A DNA stretch of 62,911 bases, the filler included, from Halocafeteria seosinensis (lineage: Eukaryota): assembly GCA_001687465.1 (NCBI GenBank). It is 5 parts of 5 records of this genome, joined end to end, with 100 filler letters (N's around TTAATTAATTAA, not from the genome) between each part and the next. Parts side by side here need not be neighbours in the genome. Positions count along the whole stretch, not along the records: positions 32,935 to 55,095 come from LVLI01000096.1; 4 more parts are not named here. The stretch is one strand, 5' to 3'. The translations under genes were made by a program, and so were the position numbers. Of this stretch, positions 37,355-48,562 are shown piece after piece. Numbering within the stretch: the stretch's first letter is position 1; each line of letters opens with the position of its first letter. The notes beneath the pieces were generated by a model. That model was not told where the DNA came from. It saw only the letters and a program-made list of their open reading frames with translations, and searched no databases.

Positions 37355-38113
37355 AAATTTAGCGGACACCACGGTTGCTTCCACGAAGAAGCGAAAACCT
37401 TCTGCGTCCTGTGGTCCAGGCAAGCGCTCGCGCACCCTTTCGGATTGCACCAGTTGTGGTGGCAATACCGATGACGAGTCGCTTCCTGATAGCAGCGGTG
37501 ATGATGACAACACTGCCTCTGATTCCAACAGTGTATCGCAAAGTGAAAGTGAGGACTCCCGCAGCGGCAACAAGAGCACGGATGCTGCCGATAAGTCCAG
37601 CCCGAATCATACTGAAATTCTAGAGCGTTGGAAGGCGACTGCACGCGAGCTACGTTCACTGGAAACTGCAGAATTTAATGACGAACCAAAAGTTACAATG
37701 AGAACTATGGAGGAACTACATCAACTGACGACCACGAGCATAGTGAAAGTTGGTGAGGTTTTTGCCCGCAAGGCAGACGTGCTACTGAGGTTTGCTGAAG
37801 TGTGCCATTTCTTACGAATAAGTTCAGTTGACATGCGAGGCACGTTATCTGTTGTTATCTCTCGGGTTAAACTTGCTGTTTTTCACTGTAGATAAACACG
37901 AGGAAATTAGCCAGCTCGCCTATTGAGGTGAATATTGTAGCTTTCAAAGAGAAGAAGAATCCCTCCAGGAAGAAGGCGGACTCATTCTCTCTACGCGCGC
38001 GGTTCTCGACAGCTTTTCCCACTAAGCCGTGGAAGGTGACTGCTGTGAACATCCCTGCAACAGCCATTTCAGGAGAATATGATGGAACAGGGCCCCCTAA
38101 TTACTGTTACTAA
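37355..38113 (+). pseudogene. Possible N-terminal fragment of a second MuDR-type transposase
   Basis: Acidic low-complexity stretch, then VKVGEVFARKADVLLRFAEV resembling the MuDR N-terminal domain. Disrupted. Confidence 0.35.
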
Positions 38114-38221
38114 ACGGCGAAACAACTGGCAACTTGCTGCACAGCTCTCGTTAATCCCTTAGCACCGCTTCCTTCAGAACGAACTCTTGCAGCGATGCTT
38201 AAGCACCATCTAAAAATACTC

Positions 38222-38269
38222 TATCACCCGCCATTGTGAAATCAATTGATTTCACAATGGCGGGTGATA
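38222..38269. repeat. Perfect 48-bp palindrome
   Basis: TATCACCCGCCATTGTGAAATCAATTGATTTCACAATGGCGGGTGATA equals its own reverse complement. Confidence 0.95.
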
Positions 38270-39445
38270 TGTAACTATGGACCTTGCCAGGTCCTTCTTA
38301 AGCATGGCTCTTCATTTTCTCGTACTTCCTTGTATCTGAAACAATAAACACGAAACCCTAACCAAGAGATACTCAGCAGAAATACGAAAGCTACCGCAAT
38401 GGGTCGGAAGACGGAGTCATTGCCGGAGCTATAGTTGGAGAGCACACAAAAAGAGTAAAGAACTTGGGCACTGTGGCTAATACATGTACTCATGATACAA
38501 TAAACGCGGGTACATACAGACCAGTGCGAACCAAGTTTCATAACGATCACTGCAGCGACCCGTAATAAGGCTGCAAATCATGCTATGTGGTTCAGCCGCG
38601 TAGTTAAAGTATAGGTAGATCGAGGTGTGTACACCTCGCCCCATGTAGTTAAGTCACATCGGACATAAATTTTCACAACCCTAACCATTTAAGCCGCTGT
38701 ATACGCTTCCCACAATGCCACCACCGGGGTGTCGTGCTTTACACTGCCGAAAGCATAGGAATTGATAATTTATACGGTGCCTGTCGGTGTGTCATCAGAA
38801 CAACATTGTCTTCCGGTTTGGACTCCCCAATCGCAAGTGTTTATTACCATCAGATCGCCAACGTAAAACAATCGAGTCCCATCGCCCTACTTTAAGAGAC
38901 AGCAGGGATTCTGGCTCAACAACGACGATATTTTCCAATCACAAAACCGATAACTATTTCCCGATAGACGAGAATATTTGCTCGAGTTAAGCGCTCACAA
39001 TAAATTTCGTCCGAACAGTTCTGACGACGAAACTATGGCGAGAGTTGTCTAGAGATTACTCATTCAGGAGTAATACCTCTTACATCAATACATTTCCTAG
39101 AAGCATTACATTGTGGAAACCAGATCTTAATATCTCAAATGCTGCTTTAAAAGATATACCTAATCTTTTATTCTCAGGTAGATAAAGGGATACGTTTCAC
39201 GAATTGTTTGACGACAGGTGACCCATGAGCAAACGTGTACTTCGTCAGATAAGATTTCAGTGTTCTGAGACATACTGGGTAAAGTCCAGTGTCCAGATGC
39301 GAAGAAGAGCTTGCGTTCATCGTTGGTATGTGCTATTAAGTAGTACTACATTGGTAAATGGCTGCCTCTTACGGACGGTTTCTTACCTTCTTCCCTGGGC
39401 ACATATTCTTAGTATATGGGACCAGTACTCCCAATACATGAGCTG

Positions 39446-40640
39446 CTACTCCTTTAAGGCGTCGTTATCTATAGAGTTGGTGGATTCACCAACGTTGATG
39501 GCGACTACAGCTTCGGGCCGGACCGACGACACAGTCTTCACTTCATTTGGTGTGTCGGTGAAGGACACTAGAGACAATTTGAACTCTATCTTCATCTTGG
39601 ACAACGACGAGGTTTTAATGCACACAGAGAAGTGCTTTTCTGTTTCTTGCTTATCCCATTTCAACAGTAGGTCTATGGGGTTATAGTCCACGCCACTCGT
39701 CGCAGAGATACCCGTTGTCCATACACGGGTGAGAATTATATGTTGAGGTTCTAGAGATTCATTGAGACTACGTCGCCTGATTGCGATATCCACATTTTGT
39801 AACGTAGAGTCGAACTCATATTTCTCATCCGATAAGAATGTCTCCTGTTCTCACGGATGCCGGAGAGGTAAGCTGCACACGACACAGGCTGAGGCTCAGG
39901 AGTTCCCTTTAGGTTTGCAATTCTCCGCTCTATGTCTTCAATGCTTGAGCTTAATTCTTCGCTCCGAGATTCTGCGTCATTCAGCCTTTGTTCTATGTTC
40001 TCCAATTCTGTTTTGTTCTGCAACTTAATTCTTAGCGTGCGATTAGCCTCAAATCCTTCAAAATCCTTCGTCAAATTTCGTCTATTCCCCGATAGACGAG
40101 AGAAGACTACCTCTTTTCTTTCTACAACATTCTGTGCATGGTCTAAAGTAAGAGTCAGATTTTCATGCACTTGTTTACTGGTTAGGATTTGTTCCAACAA
40201 CCTTCCATCAAAGCCGAATTCGCAACTATCATCATCCATATGAGCTTGACAATCCTCAAAATTGATTGCCTCTTCGTAAGTGCATCCGCAAATCGGAAAG
40301 ATGCATGAACCATCGTTAATAGTCGCATCAGGGTCAAAGTCAAAAGCTTCTCTACAAGTACACTCTTCTCTTAGTCCCGCTTCGAGCAAACATTCTCTAT
40401 TCTCTATTTCAGCATCTGGGTCGTGGTTCTGCGGAGGAATGAAAACAGGTACGCAGATTGAGGCATACTATGTCACAACTACGTGCATTTAATGCGGTCA
40501 CATACCTTAATCAAAGAATAACTACAGCCAATAGTCTTTTTGTTTGAGCATGAGCCATCATCAGTCCTTGCTCGTGGATTGTAATTCCCATAGCTAGGCG
40601 ACTCAACCAGAATATTCAACAAGAATAAGCAGAACGACAT
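39446..40640 (-). pseudogene. Extracellular protein remnant: DDGSC-type Cys repeats, coiled coil and Calx-beta domain
   Basis: Repeats NYNPRARTDDGSC, FDPDATINDGSC and GCTYEEAINF...DDDSC. Calx-beta-like SATSGVDY...LKWDKQETEK. A frame change and an in-frame stop are present. Confidence 0.6.
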
Positions 40641-41019
40641 AGCACAAGCTTTTGAACGACGAAATGAACAAGATAGTCTTGGTAATAGTTTTAGAGATAG
40701 TCAAACGTTAGATGGTTTTAGTGATGTTAGTGGACTTACACTAACAGAATCAGAAAGAGAAAATATAAGAGGGGATGTAAGAAACGAATTAAGAACTAAT
40801 GTAATTGGTAGTGCTAAAGAGAGTAGCGGTAGTGAACTGTTATTTTCTCCCGAAAATTACGGTGCTGGACTTGATCAATCAAAAATACTTTATTTCCATC
40901 CGACCAAACAACACAAGGGCAAATGGGTGGACACGGTATGGGTGGTTTCTAGACGCGGACGGACCGATTTAAAGCCCTGTGGTACAGTTCTCCGCTCAAC
41001 CTATTTACTTTTGCCACAT

Positions 41020-41905
41020 TTATTGAATCATGCAACATGCTACCATACCAATCCTCGTGGCCGAGGGCCTCACCGGTTGCTGTTCGTCGGAATTTTGTTT
41101 AGCTCCTCCCAGCCGGCTTGATGACGGTGTATATAAAGGGCTCGTCTGTACCGTTCCTATGCCCTGTCCATGTGATCCACCTTGACCACTAGCGATTTCG
41201 TATGGTGGCTGTGACCTCACCGGCTGCTGTACCTTGGAATTTTGGTTAGCTCCTCCCAGTCGGACGGTACCGAGGACAAGATGAAGAGTAGCTCCTTCCT
41301 GAACCTTATATGCTCCTATTGGTTGCCCATCGTACAACCGTGTACCCGCAAAAATCAGTTGCTGCTGATCCGGGGGGATTTCTGAAACTCGCTGAATCTC
41401 AAGTTTGACAAGCTGCAGACACGACGTGGCTAGGAAAAACTATAAGTACTAAACCGTACAGTCAAGCCAGACTACTAACATACGTAAACGTCCTGCTGGA
41501 GGTTGATTGGAACTGAATACGTTTTACCTGTTAGAGTTTTCACACTGCGATTATTATAGTTCAGAACCGTAGGTAACATCATAAATTTACAAAGCTTCGC
41601 ATTGGTTCAGAAAGGGTAAAGGAAGAAAAGCAAAAAAGAGTTTCTACTCACGTTATATTCACAGTCTGGCCACCAAATGTTGGGTGCAAAGGGCTTATCT
41701 GTGATGACTCTTGTGCCGAGCTTTGGTTAGTGGTCCCAACCTGCGGAGCTTCTGAAGGATGTACTGGAGGCTCTTCCATCAGGTAGCTTGGGGGTGGTTG
41801 GCCACCGCCAGTGCCACTGCTAGCAGTGCCGTAGGCGAATGTATAGCTTGGAGGAGGTTCCCCTGCCGCCGGAAGGTGTTGATTATGACTGGAATACGGG
41901 TCCAT
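41020..41905 (-). CDS. PPxY-motif, ubiquitin-like domain, CaaX-terminated protein (3 exons: 41652-41905, 41484-41544, 41020-41412)
   Basis: Splicing reconstitutes [11 protein letters not shown]...[16 protein letters not shown]...[12 protein letters not shown]...RLGG. Two PPPSY motifs precede it and the C-terminus is CCMIQ. Confidence 0.85.
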
Positions 41906-42677
41906 TTCTTGTTTGGAAAAAGTAGATGGACGCAATGTTCTGGGTTCCGCGTTCCTCAATACTCAGTGATGGTGTGGTCCGATCCTTAATCCATGCACCA
42001 ATCTCAGGCGCCTACTGGCAAGCAGAGGTGGTGCCGGAATGCAGCAAATAGAGTTTGCTAAGGAAAGTACATTAACCATCGTAGTTGTATTATCAACCCA
42101 AATCAGTCGGCACAAACCCTGCCGGTAGTTCGTAGGCGACCAACACTCACTACCGACGGAAGGCCGTGTTCTGGACACGGTGTTCAGCTGCTTCACACAC
42201 CAGGGACCCGGGTCACCGGCGCGGGCAGACGTGGGCACTGCGCAGAAACCCGAGCGGGACCGAAATAATAATAATGGTCACCGAATGTTTCGGTGTCCGG
42301 TTTTTGGGGTCCTCTGAAAGTTTCAGACTGAAACCTCGGTCATCGGGTTAACAAATTCGAATTCTCCTGTGAGGATTTGTGTACAATGGTGCGCGCATAC
42401 AGATGCCTAAGTATATTTCAATCGGGCGAAGGCCCCTGACAAGCCTTGCAGATTTGCAGGAGTGATGTACTACTCTTCTTCTATTCTATCCTCTCCGTCC
42501 AGCAACGTGCCAATGCGGTTATATCTGACGACCATTATACTTTCAAGCCGTTCACTACTCAGACGAGTCCTTCGATTAATGCCAGCAATACTGAAGGAGC
42601 TTTCGGCAGTGGCTGTAGATGCTGGTATAGCCAGCAAGCACTTCACCACAGAATTTTTGGTGCGTCCAGTAGCACTA

Positions 42678-44063
42678 CCCTAGGATGCAGAAATAAGGGC
42701 CGATTCTCCGGTAACTTGAAGTTACCAACATTCGGATGTCAATTTGAAGGGCGGATTCTTCAAAACGGTCGTATTTGAATGATTCGAAGGTGTTTAACGG
42801 AGTGTAAGCAATCAAGATATAAAGAAAAATACATGTATATTGTGCTACATTTGTCTTCGCGGACTTAACCTTCATGGAAGTACAGAAAATGGATGGAACA
42901 GATCAGATCTGAGGCTGAGCTGCGCGCCAATACTTGGGCGTATGAAGCATCAAACTCATCGCCAAGGTTCTCCTGGAGCGATGGCGCATACTGCCACGAG
43001 TTTTCAGTTTCTGAATAACCTTTTCATTTGTTAATAATGCGCTGTTCTTCTTCGTCTCCCGCAAGAAGCTCTCCACGACAAAATGACTGGTGATACACTC
43101 AGTGCCCACACATGGTTTTGAATCCGCCTGCTCCTCTTAGTCAATTACCTCTTGTAGCAGCTGCACAAGAAAGGATTTTGGAGCTCTAGTGCCTGCAAAC
43201 CCCTTGTTTGAACGATAGCTCTAGCTCAGAACGGGTCATGCCGGGAAGAGAATCGGTTTGAACAGTTTGCGGCAAATTGCTTCCCGCACTTGGAACAAAC
43301 ATGGATTTTACACAGGGAGTGGGAATGTAATACGTACCCACAGCACGGAGCATAGGAGCGTTGCGTAAGTCAGCAGATCCAAGCATTGACCCGAATTCTT
43401 TGAGGTCCAGAGGTTCAAGAAGCAGTTGAAGCAGTTCGTGCTGGGACAACAGTGCCGAAAGGATTACAACGAGCCCAAGTAAGTTCGCACCTTTAACGAA
43501 TCTCCTCGTTCTGCTTGCGTCATGGAGCCCTACCCTTATGCATGCCCTTATTACAGGTGCGTCCGGGCTTGTGAAACGCTGCTGCGAAGAATTTTGAACT
43601 CGTTGCGTCTTGTGCAAGGAGATAAGAAGCGGCAATCTAAAACCCGTGGTAATTATTGTTGCTGAGAATGTATGTAATTGGTTTTCGTACGTCAGATCTG
43701 CCAACAACCCCTGAAGGGCGTGTGAGATGCGTGACTAGGAACCTAAGTCGAACTTCACAGTGGGTGGTTTTTTGCAATCGGTTGGCGAACGTTCTGGACA
43801 TTCGCAAAACTTCCATCACCCCAAGGGGGAGGCAAAGGGGACACACAAATTGACCCCTGGCCACTTTTCGAGCCCTCTCGTGACCAAGAAATCGGGCCAT
43901 ATCTTTGTAACCAGAAATGCTTTGAAAGCAAAAACTAGACAGAGTACACAAAATATGATTGCCGTTCTCATGGTATCGCTCTCTACCCAGTGGGAGACCT
44001 GCATAAGAGCGTCAATAATAAGGGCACATTTACAGAATCGGCCCTTATTTCTGCATCCTAGGG
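42678..44063. mobile_element. Non-autonomous TIR DNA transposon with TA target duplication
   Basis: TACCCTAGGATGCAGAAATAAGGGCCGATTCT (42676-42707) is perfectly inverted at 44034-44065. No intact transposase inside. Confidence 0.8.
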
Positions 44064-44298
44064 TATATTTTGAGTATTTTCATTTTCTAAAAAATCTAGA
44101 ACTTGTTGATTGTAAAATTCTGAACCACGATTAACCCAAATAAATTAGGTTTTTGTTTTACTTCCTTCATTAATTTGTTTTAATACCTCTACCATTTCCT
44201 CTATTACACGTACTCTTTAATGGTAAGCGAAACCTATGAAGTTCAATACCTATTGCATTCAAGTTAAGACATTGTCTCTTTTCCCCTACCCACTGGAA

Positions 44299-47032
44299 CT
44301 ATGTAGCTGCAAGGACAACCACAGTTATAAAAAACGTTGTATACAATCCCAACATATAAAAGCCAAACGGCCGTTTCATTCGAAACCCTTGTAAGGGTAC
44401 CAATACTAAGCATGATACCGCAGCCGTGAGTATGAACCCAAATGCAACATACACCAACGTATTACTGGATTTACCGGGTTGGAGATGCTCTGAACCATGC
44501 TTGGCTATACCGACCAGATTCGAGAGGCCAAGCCCAAAAAGCACATTAAAACTAGGACCAGCATGACAAGCCGCTATTGCCATATTGGGAAGACCTTCCT
44601 TAGCTACAGAAAGATCCGCTGCCATGTCACCTGCATAATACTCGACAGAAGATCCAAAAAAATATACATGTATGCTCTTACAACTGGCATAACCAAAAAG
44701 AGAGCTTACTACTGGAATTGCCAACTGCGAGAATTGCAATACCTAAAACGGTTGAAGGGATGGATAGAATCAATCCAATGGCATGCAATATAGTGACTGC
44801 AAGGCATAATCGTTGAACATTTTCAGCACATCAGGGATACCTCGTTCAAATCATACCAATTTCATGAGCCGCATTAATGATCCATGATACACTGGAGAAG
44901 AAAGCAAATATCGTGAGGGCTCCACGAAGCACACCGTGCGGCAATTGTCCATCGCCTCCAGGAACTTTGCGCGGTAAAACGAAAAAGAGGACGACTGTGC
45001 CGAGTATCCCTGCTATCAGTGGTAGAGCATACCACGGGAACTGTATCAACCCATACTCACACACTTAGAGGTGCAGATCGTTGTTCCCCTGTGACATATA
45101 CACAGCACTTACTATGCTTCCAGCAATACCTTTTTTGAACAACTCAGCAGGCTCGCTAAGCAGTCTCAGACCAGTTATGACAATCCATGGGGAGCCAAAA
45201 AATGGAGTCACTGAACACAACTAACGACTAGATCGGTTGAAGAATGAAAATGAAGCCGCAAACAGGTACTTACCAGTCACGTATCTCCAATCGTACTCGT
45301 CCTCGCTCAAAAGCGGTACGGACAGATTGCGAACAAATTGACTTGGGAGCAAAAGGTAGTTCAGGAAACAGTACAACGCCGATCCCGGGCCGCAATGTTT
45401 GTCAATAAACGACTTCTCAGAGATGTCTTCCACTTCAGACCCTTTCGAAGGAATCAAATCCTTTGTGAGTTCTTCAGGTTGATCGGGTGTAATATGTGCA
45501 TCTTGGGCACCTAGACGCGATGACTCCCTCCGCATAGTAAGGAGTTCTTCTTCCTCCTCCGCCTCATATCGGAGAGAGCTCAATAATTGATCAACTCTCC
45601 TGTGAGCGTGCGGAAACAAAACCGGATCAGGATGATCTTCGAACATGTGCCGCAATTCTTCGCGAGTGAGGTGGTGGGCAGGGTGAATATCTGTATCCCA
45701 CAAAGCCCCAGAATGGACTGAATGCCTCCGGGAGGATGTTGCATCGTTGTTGGGGGAGTGTACAGAATATGAGTTTCCGACAGGCTTCACTTCATCCTTG
45801 AGGATGAATGCCAACTTTTCGTCCATATTCTCACGCCCAATTTTTCCTGTGCTCGCTGACCTGCGCAAATCATCGCTCTCCAACTTCTCCTCTAACTTCT
45901 CGTCGGGGAGATTCTCACGTTTCACGTTCTCCGCGCGAGGAGTATTACCATTCATTTCTTTCAAGACTAAGTCGCTGGATGAAAGTTCATGACTAGCCTT
46001 TTCATAACCTTGCTCCTTTCGGCTTTTGTATATGCGGTGTCCAACTACCGCTACAGTCGCGTACAGGACGTAGAGGATCAGAAGTCCTGCTGCTTGGCCG
46101 ATTCCAAACTTGTTGAAGTGGAAGTTGACAAATAGGTAAATGATTCCTATCGTATAAAACACAACATCTCGCAAGAATGGGCGACGTTTCAATAAAAACT
46201 CCTTGGATATCAGTACAACAGCCCCCAAGATCGCCGATTGCACAAACATGCCTGCACCCAGGATAGCGGATAGTCCAACTGAAGACTGGCCCGAAGAGTA
46301 AGCAGCGAGGGAGGAAAAGACATCTGCAGTACATCCAAAAAGTGATGAGCGTAAATTATACTCCTGTTTATCTTTAAAGTGAAACAAAGTTCTTGGGAAG
46401 AAGGCATACCTGGAGCACCATTTCCAAAGCTCAGAAACGTGACTCCAGCTGCATTGGGCGACAGGTTCAACATGTCTACGATTACTTGAAGCGTAGGACA
46501 GAAATACGCATCTGCCGAGTTAGCAAGCATGTAGAACATGTACGCCAGCCAAAAGATCATGCCAACCCAAAGCACTCCTTTATAGTCGCTCCACTCGCAC
46601 TCGTATAGCATTATATAATTTATAAACCCAGCTTTCTGTCAAGCAAACAGCACAATGTTTCCATTGTTTGGCTCACATTCCATTACACACTTCAATTGAT
46701 CGTATGCACGCCTAGCGAATCTCACTTACAGTACTCGAGCAGCCAGGAGTGTCGCAGCCGAACTTGTCCGTCAGTTGCTCCGCGCACGATGAAAAGTTTG
46801 ATGCTTCCAGTGTGCGCCATGGCTCCAATATCCCTCCGAAATTGCTATATGAAGTCGTCTCTCTTTCTTCCGTTCTCCCTCGTATCAAGTTTCCGTTCGT
46901 GTCTGCTCCTTGCTGCGGCCGACTTCCTTTGATCCGGAAAAGGCCCGCCGTGGTCGCTACTGCCAAGAAGAGCACCAGTGTCAAGCAGCGGACAGAAGCC
47001 CGCCGAACCTTTTGAACTTCGGTAGGGGACAT
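44299..47032 (-). CDS. Cation/Ca2+ exchanger (CCX/NCLX-like), copy 1, multi-exon
   Basis: Alpha-1 repeat AGVTFLSFGNGAP|DVFSS and RRPFLRD. Alpha-2 repeat GNS...DMAAD...MAIAACHAGPSFNVLFGLG. Confidence 0.92.
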
Positions 47033-47404
47033 GTCGACTGCTTGTAGTGGCCAAACGGAAGGGATAGAAAGTCTTATGGGTTAACTATGATGGGTAATCG
47101 AGAGTCAACTCCCCAGGATGACCTCGGTTGGGTTGGGTGGACCGCGCGCTTCTTCGTATTTGCTTTGCGCACCCACAAACAAGTAGAATTTCGGCTTTTA
47201 TCAACACGACTACACGTCTTCCTAACGCAAAGCGTAATATTAACTACTTGCACCTGTGCACTGAAGAAAACAAGCCATATCAAGTTGGTTGCTTTTAGAA
47301 CTTCGAAGCGCCCGGTGGCGACGGCCAGTCTTCTCTGCAGAAACTTTGTCTGGTTGGCTGCGTTCGTGTACATACATATATACTGTACTGTACGTCTGTG
47401 TTCG

Positions 47405-47433
47405 CACACACACACAAATGTGACAGATAGCCC
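47405..47433. repeat. 29-bp copy of the (CA)6AATGTGACAGATAGCCC element end
   Basis: Identical to 3409-3437. Confidence 0.8.
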
Positions 47434-48562
47434 GTGTGCCGTTTATATCTTAGACGGTTGCTTCGGAGGCTTTGAATTCGCAGACGATGTTCCCTACACT
47501 GGTGCCGTCAACACATACTGTAATGTAATTGCTCTTGCCCCAACCCCAAGGCTCCCCGGAAAACGCACACCGACCATCCATCTGCTGGAAGTAAGAATGG
47601 GAATCAAAACTTGTCCAGCCGTCATGAGAGACCACAGAGTAGCCGCTCCTACAGCTGGCTAGTATGAAGACCCATGTGGAACGGGGCAATACAGCTTGGA
47701 TGTGCACTCTACTGATATTACAAACAGTTAACTTAGTATCAGCGGATGGCCGGTCCATCCTTCGTTGCGAAAGGGAGTTTCCCGTTTATTGTTACTGAAC
47801 GCAACCGAGTTCGATGGAACATGAAGGCGCGGTTTCCAGGTGGACATGTTCCCCCTCCCGGGACCACCCTGTTTCGCGCAGGGCATACTATGGCCGGCAC
47901 AGCTCTTCAGGACGAGTATGCAGGAACAAATGGAAGCAAGTAGGCATCCGTTTAACTACAGTATGTAGTTGTATAGAACCTTACAGAGGCTTCCGGCGAT
48001 TCGCGGCGAATGAATGCCACAGCTTCACAATTCCAGGCGACCGAGGTAGCAGGTCAAACTTCAATGGCAATGAATCGTATTTCGCCGATCGCTTTTGAGC
48101 ATCTTCTAACTGTTTCCTGTCAACTCTGGTAACCGACACATCTTCGCCTTCCCCTACCGTGAGGGTCTCACGCCGACGCTCACGGACCGGTTAAAAGCAA
48201 ATGCAACTACACCGCGTGTCAGCGTCCCTTTCAAACCCGATTATTGGAACGCTAATTTAAGGCACGACCACTCCCGTCACGCTTGCAACACATCCTTTTC
48301 GAGAGTGGGTGCCGAACTGGAATCCTCGAAGAGCCAATTTCAGAAGGTTTGTGGTGGTTCTGAAGGTGCGGACAAGAGTAGGCGAACTATTCATAATGGT
48401 AGAAGAGATGATGAATACCTCAAAGTGTAAAAAACGATTCAATGCATTTTCGGCCCAATCCACCCGCCACTAGTCACTGGGAAGTGTGCAACCACAAGTA
48501 GTGGTATCAGGAGCAGGCCTTCTCATTCCTTCGTACACAGATTCAATTGAACAATTTTCATG

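Noticed and set aside
38354..38690. AACCCTAACC motifs as interstitial telomeres
   Set aside because: Single isolated units, expected by chance or as telo-box-like motifs.
39090..39200. LWKPDLNISNA resembling the Cys-loop receptor WxPD motif
   Set aside because: Short isolated frame with no other channel features.
43190..43380. THS-RSIGA resembling tyrosine recombinase box II inside the TIR element
   Set aside because: It needs an assumed frameshift, has no catalytic Tyr region, and another frame looks equally coding.
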